NCBI RefSeq assembly: GCF_964204645.1
Contig: NC_134026.1
Span: 29,732,150-29,796,149 of the forward strand
Origin: Tubulanus polymorphus
Lineage: Eukaryota > Animalia > Nemertea
Reading direction: 5' to 3'
DNA length: 64,000 nt
In this document: piece by piece, positions 37,301 to 50,459 of the stretch
How positions within the stretch are numbered: position 1 is the stretch's first letter
Layout of the letters: every line of letters starts with the position of its first letter
Position numbers and translations under genes: made by a program
The notes under the pieces: model-generated
What the model saw: only the letters and a program-made list of their open reading frames with translations
The model's database searches: none
Told to the model about the DNA's origin: nothing

Positions 37301-38589
37301 AATCGCTTTTATAATGGATAACATAGGAATAGAGAATATTTACAAATAAAATATGTTAAACGTAAAACAAAATATAATACTACAGCAAGGAAACTAGGTG
37401 GCGATACAATCAAGTGAATATAATACAAAAGAATCAAAGCGTTGAACGGAGGGCAAATAAAGAGTTAACTAGGTTACACATAAGGCTGGCAATTTCATAG
37501 TCTCCGTTGTTATAGGACATCAAAAATAGGAATTTATCGAAAACACAAAAAGACTCAAACTCTGTGAAACATACAAGTGAGGATAAAATGGAAACTCTGG
37601 CAGGATGAAGCGAGGGACACTCGAGTAAAAAGTGGGATTCGTCCTCAACGACTTTATTTACAGTACAGTAGAGGCAAAATCTCTCATTGGCTGGTAAAAA
37701 TGGACGACAGTGACGCCCCGTCTCGATTCTAAGCCGATGGGAACCGAGACGCAGTTTGGAAAATTCGCGTCTTTTAAGGAAAGAGTTCGAAATAATATAT
37801 TTTTCAAGTTCAAAGCGTTTTTTAAAAAGTTTATAAGTCCTTAATTTGGGGTTGGAATTACTGTCGTTGATTTGAAATAGCCACGAAGAAGAATATAAGA
37901 GATACATTTTAGACTGGAGCAGCTTGATAATTTTATTGGGGTGGTTGGAGCCATGATTAGACCAAACACCATGAAGATCAAATGATTTTAGTATTGAAAA
38001 AATTCCAGAACACCAATTTGGGAGTGTGTCCATACTTTGCACACAGTCCAGATAGGATTTATACACTAATGAGGCGGGATTCAATTTACAAAGACGAAAC
38101 CAAAATTTAACCATCAGGGGAATAAATGATATAAGCAAGGGGTACTGGCCTAAGTCGCCGCGAACAGCCGCATTAACGGACCTTTTGTTGACACCAAGTA
38201 AGTATTTGCCAAAGTTCAGATAAAGCTTTTCGCAGGGCAGAGAGTTACAGGTGTTATAAAGATTAGAAGGTTCCAGCTTGGAAACAAAGAAGGAACACCA
38301 GACCTCAGTACAATAACCGATAATGGGACGGATAAGGCTGTTGAAGAGAAAATATGCAATCAACAGCAAATTCAAAATGCAGATTGTGTTTTTAACACAT
38401 GATTTTAAACATTTTATACCAAGATTCTTTCTAATAAAGTTTAAAAAAAAAACGCATAAGTTTCATAGATTTTAAGGTTTTATAGGGATCCAGGGAAAAA
38501 AGTTTTGGAAAAGTTCCTGCACTACACGCATATATTGCGGATTCGAACCCGATTATGAGTCATGAGTTTTATAGCTCAACTAAAACATA

Positions 38590-39625
38590 ATGGCCGAGAT
38601 ACAGAATTTCGCTGAATATTTGTCCATTTCATTGAAAAACGCATCATTGCAAAATGGAGATCAGGTAAATTTCAGGTGAATCAATACTATATTTAAACAA
38701 TGATCTCGATATCAACGTTAGAATCTCAGTAATAGATGTAAAATTCGGCGGTGAAGATTGTAAAATAGTTCGGTTCGAGTGGCGAATGTTTGTATACAAT
38801 TAACATGTTGGGTCGAACCCCGATTTATCCCTTACAGGGTTTGGCATTTTCGTCCAAGGAATGTGGTAAAATACAAGGTTTAGCGACGATATATAAACAT
38901 ATTGCTAAACAAGGAAAAGAAGATCTTCTTGGTAAATATTGCATTATTTTGAACTTACGTATTGTTTTATATCAATTGATACCCAATGAAAAATGTTATC
39001 ATTTTTTAAAGGAAAGACAATTAAAGAACAGACATTCATATCGCAATGGTTGGAATATCGAGTCAAGAACCTAGATAAAGCTTTGATAAATGAACGAATC
39101 CCTCATGACATACTGAAAGTAAATACACTTAAATACAATGTTTGTAAAAAAATGTATACTTTATCAAACATTATGCTTTGTGTTGTAAATGAAGTATCAT
39201 AAATATTGTAGGAACTTAATGGATACCTTGCTGATAGGACTTTCTTCATTGGGCATCAGATAAGTCTAGCTGATATCGTATTGTTTTATGGTTTACATAA
39301 TGTAATGGTAAGTAATATATAGATTTCATGACAGCTTTGTGTAAAATCATTATGTGAAACTTGCTTAAGTTCTGTTTCTCTTCTCGTAGGGACATTTGAC
39401 ATTTTTCGACAAACAGAAATATATGCATTTGTCAAGATGGTTTCAGCAGGTGAGTTAAAGTGGCACGCACTGATGATTCGTTGTAAACATCGCCCGACAT
39501 TCAGTTTCAATTCACTAATTTAATGTGTCTATTTTCAGATGCAGTTTACAGATCGATTAAGACAGAATAATCCAGAAATCTCATTCCAGCGAAACTATCT
39601 TTACAACATTGAATTAGCACATTGA
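38590..39625 (+). CDS. EEF1E1: Eukaryotic translation elongation factor 1 epsilon-1 (AIMP3/p18), multi-exon
   Basis: The product is GST-C-like, with GLATIYKHI, LLG, ISQWLEYRV, ELNGYLADRTFFIGHQISLADIVLFYGLH and HLSRWF. Confidence 0.88.
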
Positions 39626-40062
39626 GGAATATCTGTGTCATTATTTGATTTTAACAATAAATATGATTAATATCAGTTCGATGTCTTTGTTTATTGATTT
39701 GTCTTGATAAGTAGAAAGGTACTGACTTGTCGAGTTAAGGGGCTGCGCTGCTAGGATTGGAATCTATGAGATACACGAAGAAAACGCATTTGAAGAATAG
39801 ATATACAATTTATATTTCTATATTTTAAAACCATTTCATAGAAATCATTGATACATAATATACCGGTATTAAAAGCTTTTATATAATCAGTAGGAATTTA
39901 AGTACTTGAAAAGCACCGATTTCGTTAAATGTAGAAAAATACGGGTCAAAAACCTCTGCGTTAAATATGAGCACAATTACTGATACACGTTTTACGTTTT
40001 TTTCCTTAGATATCTATCAAAATATATCGAGATCACTTTCATCTCGATAAATGCACGCAATT

Positions 40063-43000
40063 TTAATGAAGTTTAGCTGGTTTGAGACAAGTGATATGAT
40101 AAACGACCAACCAATCATCCCAGGAATCATCACGTTTTACTTTACTGATACGAAAAGCGTACTGTCCCCGTTCAGTGAGAGTCAATTCAAAACTGACGAC
40201 ATCATCGGTCGTAGTTTTATTTACTAATCTTTCAGTAGGAATCGAATCTCCAGACGCATTTAGAAGGCTGCACATCGTTCTCTCGTTTCTTGGGTTCTTC
40301 AATTTGAATTCGCATTTGCCGTTTGTCGTAACGACCGATGAACAACTCTGATTAATACACTGGAATCCGCGTTGTTTGAATAGTTTCTGCGTACCCCATT
40401 CTCTCGGCCACGACAGAAACAATTCTCCTTGGTAAGGCTGTTTACAATCGATCAGATAAGCGCATAAATGCTCTCCTGATTTACACGTGCGATTCATCGT
40501 AAAGTGATAAAATCCAGCTTCCGGAAGACGGAATCTGAAGCGAATATATCTGCCGTAAGTTTCAGCGCAGATGCATTCTTTTTTGTTGACCTGTTGTTCA
40601 CCGATGTAAAGACCCCACGCTACATCTATCCCATATTCTGGCATTTTCATCACTAAAACACATTCTCCATTTCGAGTTTTTATTACTCCGTTGAGTTGGT
40701 TGTAAATTTCGCAGTTTAATCTGTAAAGTTCTCTACTCGCTCCGTAAGCTGTGTTCTTAATTGGTAGAACCCTTTTATCAATACCACCTCGGGAACAGAC
40801 CACTATGAAATAGCCTATAGCTTCCAGAGAACCACCGACTGTCCGAGGGGCGTCTTTTTCCACGTATAAAGTAATCAGATATTGCCCTTGATGCGGTAAA
40901 TTCAAACCAATTATGACTTGATTGAGAGTTTTGTCGACGTAATGCCAACTGCACAGTTCCTTCTCACAAGACAAAAGCATGCACGTAGCGTGAAACTGTT
41001 TAGAGCCATCTTCAGGTGGAATTGTTATCTTAATTTTTGCCTTTCCCGATTGACTCGTAATTATTGGCGTGCTTCTTTTTTTGAGACAGTAACCCCGCAT
41101 AAATTCATCTCGTGTAAAACCGAGATAATGTAATTTATCGGGAAATGGTTGAGCTCTGAGTATACCTGTACTTTCTACAGTATATTGTACTATCTTATAC
41201 GAGGGTGCTTCTCCGTCATAAAACATTGGTTTACCATTGATCTTTACTTTAAATCTCTTTTTCATCTCAGGTAATCGAATGTATATTAAGTATATACCTT
41301 TTTGCATGGATGGTATGACGTATGAAGGGAACTCTGACCCCGTATCTACAGACTCTAATGTTGCCCATATCTGTACTGGAAATTTGTATTTAATTTTGAT
41401 GGTTAGTTCATTATCGTTTGTTTTAATTACGCCATGTTTATGCGAAAATAAACAAGTTTGAAGCTCATATGATCCGATTCCTCTGTGTGCTCTTTGGTTC
41501 CAATCCATAAATGACTTAATCGGAGTCTTCATTAGCTACAAATAGTAAGTTGATGATCGAATTCAATTGATATTTTTCATTTGGATTTCTTAAGATGTTT
41601 TTTGTTTATTAATAGATAACTATTAAATACCTGCATTTCGGGTGCGCTTTTCTTATCACTCATGGGCCAGTGAGTTTCTAAGAAAGCTTGTGGTTCGCAG
41701 ATAAACCACGATTCATTCCATCTTTTGTTGAATGGAATCCGTCCTTGTTTTTCCTCTGAAATGATCCATATTTCAAGATATAACATTACTACCGATATTT
41801 CTCTAAAAGATGAATATAACGACCGATAGTCACCTGCTGTCCCGGCCGCCCATGTGACATCACAGAGGTATCGTTTCTCTGCTAATGTTACAATATTCCA
41901 GGCGTGTCCATACTCCTTCTTCTGATAGTTTAAAACTGGGTGACCCTTACTGTCAATCTCAAATGGTTTTCCCGGATAGTAATTCGTACCCTTTGAAATT
42001 CCAGTAATCATTTTACATTCTATCTGTACAAACCTATAAAACAGCAAAATAATCAACTTATGATGTATAACGTTCCAGGGTTTATCACATTTCGTAGTTC
42101 ATTGTTCAAAATATCTATTTACGAATACTTTGTACGTCTCGTTCAGTCGACTTAGATATAAATAAATGCGCTTATCATTATTTCAAGTTTAAATTTTGAA
42201 TTTCTTCAAGTTTCGTTCGTTGATATTGAAATTAAAAGTCACCTACTCGCACAAATAACGTAAAACATTCGCATATCCAGCACAAACAGCCCGTCCTGTC
42301 CGTAGTACATCTAATGGTTCCGATGGACTTTCCTCGCCTGAGAAAGTAAAGCAAAATGAAATGAAAAAAAAAAACAGATTAGAACATAGTTATATCCCAA
42401 CCACATTAGTAATAGGGGTAATGGGCTTTCAGGCCAAAGGTCGAAGGGTCGAGCTCATTAAAAAACAAAACATTAAAAGTAATTTAAAACTATAATATAT
42501 TTTCATAACCGTGTGTATTTTATATTATAACTAAATATTTACTCTAAGATATTAATAATTTTAATTTTAAAAGCATATTGTATTAAATCAATTGGTCGCT
42601 CCACTTCGCTACCGCTCATCTCCGCGACCAATTGATTTATTTACAATACACAAATTCATATAATCAAATATATTCTAATAATAATAATTATTCTATTATT
42701 CAACTGAAATACACACGGTTATGAAAATATATTATAGTTTTAAATTAATTTTAATGATTGTTTTTTAATGATTACTCACATTGATTTATCCTATAAATTA
42801 GCCACTGATGATACAAGATTTTAACTTTGAGATATTTAGTACCTGAGATGAAGCTATCAACATCGTAAGCAACGTTTTCAGCCACCCATCGAAATATTGA
42901 ACGAAATCGCTCGAAATCTTTTGAAAATCCTTGGGTTAAATATGTCACCAAACTTTCTGGATTATTCCTCAGATGTAAAGATGCCTGGTATAACAAAATA

Positions 43001-43421
43001 GAAACGATGTCTACGTACATCCCGTATATCGCATTATGTGGACTCGAAGTACTAACGAACAAAAGAATAGCTCTAAATGGTTTTATATACATACCTTCAG
43101 TGCTTGGCGGTCGATCTTTTCAAGTTGTTTTATATCAGAAAATAATTTAGCTTTTTCTGACCAGAACAGATCCTCGGCGCGAATGACGTTCGGTTTCGGC
43201 TGCGAAGACGGAACTTCATCACTCCAAGATTTTGTTTTCATCAGATACTTCTCAGTCTTGTCAAGCGGATGACAAATCAAAGTCTTACAGTGATTTTTCG
43301 TGTGTTTCTGTAGTTGTCGTCTCTCTGCGGTCGACTTCTTAACGAAAACGGTATATTGGTCGCCAGCTCGAGCCTCCCCGGACTCTTCACCGCCGGCACT
43401 GCTCTTGTCTCCGGATACCAT
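40063..43421 (-). CDS. Kyphoscoliosis-peptidase/hillarin-like transglutaminase-fold protein, multi-exon
   Basis: It has RSIFRWVAENVAYD and an intact Cys-His-Asp triad (AVCAGYA, HAWN, DVTWAAG), followed by repeated beta-sandwich-like units (LPxxGxY). Confidence 0.85.
42455..42771. mobile_element. AT-rich fold-back element in an intron of the KY-like gene
   Basis: Inverted arms of about 65 bp (42455-42520 / 42707-42771) enclose a central 16-bp perfect stem (42584-42599 / 42624-42639). Confidence 0.7.
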
Positions 43422-43812
43422 TTTTAATCACCAAACTGTGTAGCGGTCATTCATTCAAATGGAAAGACATTCTCTGTGTCACTAGCACTGGTTTAATCGC
43501 TAGAAAAAACCCGATTGAGAAACTAGTTCAGACATAACTAGTTATCACGATTAGCCCGACATGATTACAGTATGTACGGTATATACGCAGTGTGACTGTA
43601 TGAAGTGTCATTACCAGGGGACATTCAAAATCAACTTGTTCTACGTATAACAGCAAGTAGTAGTTGTTCAACTTGATTATTTTGGTCGCATGTGACGAAC
43701 GCTTTTCCCGTTGATTATACAATTATATCAAATATATGATTATCTTCTGAAAAAGAAAGGTTTATCCAAATTATTCAATGGCCTTGTTCCAAAAAAGTAT
43801 TTTTTAATAAAC

Positions 43813-43890
43813 ATACCAGCCAGGCACAGGATCGAACCAGTGACCATCAGCATTGGTAGCCCGCACGCTAAACCACCCCACTACAGATCT
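43813..43890 (-). repeat. tRNA-derived SINE head or tRNA pseudogene fragment
   Basis: The minus strand has an A-box-like TAGTGGGGTGG and the B-box GGTTCGATCC at tRNA-like spacing, but no good acceptor stem. Confidence 0.55.
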
Positions 43891-44762
43891 ATAGTAACTG
43901 ACATGTTTTTGTTGTACATGATTTAGATAAATCTCCAAACTGTCCGATCAATTATCAATTGTGGAATTTTCATTACACGTAATTATTACTATTTCAAATT
44001 TCAACAAAAGGGGTATGACTTTTGTTTTCTGTATTAACACTGCTTCTACGAATTATCAAAGGAATAAATCTGCAAAACTCACCGCGCATCAAGGATCTTA
44101 TATTCCTGACCACCAGTACTTCACAGCAGACCAACCGAACCCTCGTCTATGCGTTCATTACAGAGAATTCCTGAATAAATCTACGAGGTCGTTATAAAGA
44201 ACGTTCTTCACTAGAAAACCCGCTATAATAAACATCCCACACGGGAACTTTCCAACTATACAGCGCAATTAAAATAGCACTGCAATAGTGTTGTATGTGT
44301 ATGGTAGGCAGAAGGATCATGATGCAGATATTATTCATCTATAGAATATTTCCAACAAACCACATATCGAACTGACAGGGGTAAACATTGATAATATGAC
44401 TTAGAATAGATAACACAGGAAATATGAATACATATTATATATACATCACATTTTATTAGCATTTGACAAAATTTGTACAGTTGTTCTAGTTCTTCGTATA
44501 AGCTTGGCTAACATCCAAGAAGCAAGTGTTGCTCATGGTATCTACTTATCACAAATGAAGCATTTAATTTACAATAATAGAAAGTTTCTGACTCATATAC
44601 CGGTACGCGGCACTTACAAAATCTTACACAGCAATTTAAATGCAAAATAATATTCAACTATCAGGCATACATTACAAATGAATTAAACAAATAATAAAGT
44701 TGTGGAAAGTTATTCGTAATGCAACAAGTAATCAACGTATCAAATACAAAAAAAACGAACGA

Positions 44763-47700
44763 TCAACTAATATGAGACTGATCCAGACCTGAATCGGTTG
44801 TGGTTATCAGAGACTTGAGAAATGCGTACAGGATCGATAACGCGAACATAAAAAATACAAACAATACCGGACCAAATCCGAATGAATACCACATGAACAT
44901 ATAACACAATGTCACATACGTCAAATTCTGAAAACTACTGAGAAATCTTAGAGAAATTCGTGGTCTTTTAATTAGAAGTCTTTGATTGTCTGTTTGTGGT
45001 AAACCGGGTGAAGAAGCTTTCATTCCAACAGGAGATATATTGTTGATAGGAGGGAGTAGAAGCTGCCTGCTGACTCGACCTATAACATCCGTGCGATTAT
45101 AAAACTGTTCTATCTTCTCACCAAACTGGAAAAAACAAAACATGTATGACTGACCATTTAACGGTTTAACTAAATCAATTTATAGAGTTTATCAAGGCAT
45201 TAGGCTTCTAGTTAAAAGTATACCTTTTGCTACATCTTATGACACAGCTCTTTTATTTAATGATGATGTGACTGTATTTTTGTATTATATCAGTAAAGAA
45301 ACAAACTAATATAAATCAATAATGACAATAACTTAGTTCATCCAGGGAGGCAGGAGTGAACCACCTCCCTGGTTCATCCTATATTATAGGATGAACCAGG
45401 GAGGCGGGAGTGAACCACCTGCCTGGTTCATCCTATATTATAGGATGAACCAGGGAGGCAGAGTGAACCACCTGACTGGTTCATCCTATATTATAGGATG
45501 AACCAGGGAGGCGGGAGTGATCCACCTGCCTGGTTCATCCTATATTATAGGATGAACCAGGGAGGCGGGAGTGAACCACCTCCCTGGTTCATCCTATAAT
45601 TGTCGAACAATATTCCTCACCTGTTGATTGAGAAATGAAGACAAATGATACAACATTCGAACGAGTACTTTACTCTCCGTGCTACGAATAGGATGAAGTT
45701 CCGGATCTCCCTGATATTTCACCTCAAACTTTCTCAAACCATTCATCAGCTAAATACATCAAAACTATTTAAGTACATTGCGTAACTCGGACTACGATGT
45801 ATCCGGTGAATGAATAAAGCGCATGAATAGAGTATATGTATAAGTCTGAGCTACCTGAATTCGACCTAAATCTGTAAGTCTAGGCCCGTGGTCTGTAAGG
45901 ATGTGATCAGGTGGTAACGTACTGGTCATCTTCATCCCACTATTGTCCGATGATAGTTGTATATTATCAGTGATAAACGCTTCATCCAGCTACAATTAAA
46001 CAGATTATTTGTTGAGTATGGTTCGTCTCCTTTTATTCTCTCGGCTGTGACAGATTTACGGTACAAACTTACTCGGAATATCGCGCACAAGTTTTTCGCG
46101 GAATGCTCGAGATGAATCTCAACTCGACGAGAATCGGCTGAAGAGGAATCCTCGCTGGTAAACGAAGAGAATCTCTGAGCGTTATAATCAACCATCGGAC
46201 CGAATCCTAGAAACGATAATAAACCGGAGCCGTTCTCATTGGTCGATTGAATACTGGCTGCGGTCACCTTCGCGTGTTTAATCATCTGTATCAACTGTGA
46301 AATCTACAAAATAAAACAAATCATGCAGAATAATTGTTATCTATACCCCGTGATACTGACGTACAGTGAGCTTACTATCATCTTCGTATCATCACTAAAC
46401 ATCGGTCTGTATTCATAAACCGGACCCTCTAATTCAAGCGGTAGATGGAAGAATGACATGGAAGTATTTGCGCTGATGTAGCTTCCCCCTAAATCCTGTC
46501 CGTAACGATGTCTATGCGGCTCCAATAGAGATGATTCTCCTGAAATTCATTCAAATATTGGTTTAATTCAGATTTCATGAATTATCGAATCCAATAAAAC
46601 ATGAGCTCAGATATACGTACCATTGTAGATCAATTCAACGAGACCGGGCGCACTAAAAACCTGAAATTACGAGTCAAACGACTTATCAATTCTGCATCAC
46701 ATGAATTCAAGTTTTCAAGCGTTATCAATGGATGTTTACTTTCGTCACTCTGTAAAGCATGTATGCATTTTTCGGCGAACTCAAGTCCAGTCTGAACAGT
46801 CTCGGCAAAAATTCTTGAAATAATCCAGTGTAAAATAACAAGTTATCGAAGATAAATCCATTCCTACAAAACATCGTAAACCATCATGAGACGATTGAGA
46901 AAATAATGCGAGATAATGGATGTTAATTTTCAGAAAAACTGACCATTTTTCCTCGACATGCCTGCTGCGTTCGTTTTGTTCTTTATATTGATACGCTTGG
47001 GAGACGTCCTGATATCTCCACGGCTGAATATAACTCAGCCACATTTCCAACATCTGTAAGCATGAAATATTCAGTGAAAACCCAATCAAACGGTCAACCT
47101 CACATAACACCAAAAATTCATAAAGTCTTTATGAATTTTTGATAACACAGATAAATACACTCACCATCCTAAATGACGTATCTAGAGGCCATTTGTGAAA
47201 ACCATGCTTCAGGAAAGAGTATAGCTTCTTTTGCACAAGACCCGGGATGACATTCCTGACATAGAGAAGAGAATTACCGTATATTAGGATGCCATCAGCC
47301 TAGCAAAACATGCAGAGGATTTACTTACAAACCTTTTAAATTCTTCCATAGGATCTATGGTAGGTTGACTATATGGTGACACAACTAATTGTTCACGAGC
47401 ACTATTAGTGAAGTAGTGTAAATGCTTCACAATCATGCGAGCCACTTGTACATGATCAACACTCGGCATAAAATTCTCCTATAATCAAAGAAAACCTCAT
47501 AAATTAAATACATCCACAATTTTTCAAGAAACAGAATTATTAAGATTCCATTTAGCAAACTTATATGAATCATATATATATATATATATATATAAGTATT
47601 GCATCTAGAAAGAGCTTATAGAAGCACAGAAGAAATAACGAAACCCATGCAATAAATCATGTAGTGTGTTAATACAACTAAGGACAATAGGATAATACAC

Positions 47701-49945
47701 ATTTCACAAGTGGATGGCGAGAAAACGACTGCTGATGCAAATCCAAGGAAAACAAAAAAAAACTCTTAGACAATCAAAACATACAAACTTTAACCAGGGA
47801 GGATAATTCAAAGCTGATTTTTGGGTTTGGTAAATCAAAATTGGCAAAAAAATGTAAAGATTCTCAGAGAACGTTTACTGTAATTACAATTTATTTCTTT
47901 TTCTAATCACAAAATGTTCAGTTAAAATCTAGAACTAAAGCTTAAGAGCTGGAGACGAATGATTTTAAGAGCTTTCCTACACATGCAATAAGGATGCTAC
48001 AAATACGTACTTACAAGCAGAAATCTGCAATAGTTTGTATAATGCAGATTTGAACTGCTATGAAATAGACCTCCACCTATATTCTGTAGCATAAAAACAT
48101 TTAAACCATCAAGTATTCATTGTGCAATACTTAATGTTATCTAATACAGAACATACTTCATTGCATTTCTGTGATGAAACTAGTTATTCTCCCCTGTAAA
48201 TTAATGTTGTTTGCAATTTAATTATTCATTTAGAATAAAATGAATACTTACATTCGAATGTCGACCAACTCGTGGCGTGTCTATATCTAACGAGCTTTGA
48301 TTCAACCAAAATTCAACAAACACCTAAAAAATGTCAACATCAACAGATACATAAAGGTTTCCAGTTCATATTCGACTGATATTCATCGTTAGAACTCCTA
48401 CCTGTATAACTAACTCGGATCGACTTGTTTGGTTGTTTTTTTGATCTGTGACAGAAGGACTGTGTGGAGTGGTCTTCCATTGACACTGTGACTGAGAACG
48501 TAATAGACTCATATGCGATCTGCTACTTGGACTTGTTCCCCATTTATTAAATGAAGGATGAGGAGACATTCTTTAGAAAGAAAAATTAGCCAGATAAGAT
48601 ATGATGCTGTATTTGTTGCATTTCTTATGTTTTCAAAATTAAATATTTGCATTCAATTCCATACCTCGGTGAATTATGTTGAAATGAATTGTGAACTGAT
48701 GAAATTAATATACTATTATCAGATACTGGTTTGCTGCTATCTAACGGCAAGAAATGATTCAAATAATCCTCAATAATCCCGAAATATAACAAATCAGTTG
48801 GACTGTTCATTAAACCACCCTAGAATACAAAAAAGATATGGACATTCCTTTATACTAGGATTCACAAAAAGCTGGTAAACAAAAACTACTAGTACTTACC
48901 TTACTAAACACCGGATTAACTAAAAAGTAAGCCAAATGAAACATATAGTATTCAAAGGCATCTTAGGAAAAATTAAGGAAGATTATAAAATGTTCATTGT
49001 AAACAAAGAAATAAGCTGAAAAATAATTATCATAAAGGATACCAAGTGAAAGCATATTTGATGGCAATCCATGACCATGAAACTGTAGTTTATTCATGTA
49101 TAATGCTGGAACTGTGCCTTCTTCAAATTTACATCTTGTAGGATACTTTCAGTAAATAGATAGATAATAGAGATCAGTAAACAGAAGACAAGTAAAACGT
49201 GTGCTTCATCTCTTCAGGTTGACTTACGGGTAAACAAGACATCGGGAACTCATATCTGAAGTATTCTTCACTCACGAGCTTAAAAACGAGTTTCATCATA
49301 GCACCGAGTGGAGAGAGGAATGACCTGATACTGTGATAATCTGAATGATTAGATGATTTGGTGATTCGTTGAAGACCCCATCCGGGCTGATTGTTAAAAC
49401 CAAATACGCTATCCAAAAACGAAGGGAAAATCGAGTGCAATTCCTGAAAAATGTAATTCATTTAAAAATGGAAGGGTTCAAGAAGAAAACTGGTTATATC
49501 AGTTATAAATCTTTCTAGAAACATTTGTTTTTGGGAGTGGTAACATTTATTTACCGGAGAATAGCGTACATAAACATTTTTATTTGTTTGTTAGAATAGT
49601 ACGATACCTTAGCTGTTGTACTTTCAATCAAAGCTGTAATGTCTGAACATCTCTGTGGCAGTGTTTTAGACAATGCCGTATGGAGTTTAGCCTATGAATA
49701 AAATTTGTCAAATAAATAAATTGAATTGAATGGTTTTGTGGACCATCCTACCATGGTGCTAAACTCGATTTGGCGCTTGCAAGAATTGAAATATTACATA
49801 TAAATCACAACTATTGAAACAACCTGACATGGATATAAATGAAGCCGGATTTGTTTTCAAAAAAGTTCAGTGGGAAGGAAAGAGAGGGGAAATTCATGAA
49901 AATAATTACCACTGCCGACAAATTCGAATCGCTGGGCGCGGCCAT
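44763..49945 (-). CDS. SMPD4: Sphingomyelin phosphodiesterase 4 (neutral SMase-3), multi-exon
   Basis: Motifs are [74 protein letters not shown] and RISLRFLSS, with a C-terminal TM segment. Confidence 0.93.
45336..45598. repeat. Tandem array of a 54-bp self-complementary unit (about 5 copies) in the last SMPD4 intron
   Basis: The unit is ATAGGATGAACCAGGGAGG-CGGGAGTGAACCA-CCTCCCTGGTTCATCCTAT-ATT, with starts at 45386 and 45440 54 bp apart. Confidence 0.92.
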
Positions 49946-50459
49946 TTTTTAATGTACTGCATAAAATGCGGGTTCAGACTCTGGATATCAGGGATTTAAA
50001 CCTAGAAAATCTACATTAAGTCATGAGTATCAACGAGGCGATCGTATGTAATGAAATATTGGAATCGTAAGAGAAACAAGTTTGGGAAATTAGATATAAA
50101 TAGATAGAAATATAGCGAAATTAGGCCAATTCCGTGTTTTCATCTTTTTTTATCTATATGCAATGCTTCAGAGTCATGAGACTGGTTACCGGTCTCTATC
50201 TTCAATCTTCATATTGAATGGGACAGGCAACCAGTGTATACCGTGGCAATCTCGATGCCATCAGGTTCGAATCCCTCCCTGGGAGAGGATGGGCAAAAAT
50301 CCTCTACCTTTCAACTTCAAGTGAAGAGCTCGTGGTGATTTCAGCGTCTAAATCCAACAAAGGATACATCAATGAAGCACAACATCTTATATTTTGTTCA
50401 TAACCAGATTCATCAAATGAACGTATTCTGAGCTTAGGAGAGCAAAATTTGCAGGTCAG

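Larger units (their letters stand above)
33227..38379 (-). mobile_element. Outer 5'-truncated LINE (RTE-X-like C-terminus, clade tentative), split by the inner LINE
   Basis: ORF 37434-38375 encodes the post-RT region (LFNSLIRPIIGYCTEVW, KLRTYKLFK, CCHC knuckle C..C...EDESHFLLEC). Its 3' end, AATAAA plus (AAGTTC)n, is on the minus strand at ~33228-33270. Confidence 0.8.

Noticed and set aside
45336-45598. CRISPR-like array of palindromic repeats
   Set aside because: The intervening 13-nt segments are nearly identical rather than unique spacers, there are no cas genes, and the context is a eukaryotic intron.
50241-50294. tRNA gene suggested by GGTTCGAATCCC (also at ~52674)
   Set aside because: There is no cloverleaf, and the sequence is one arm of the fold-back element at 52361-52706.
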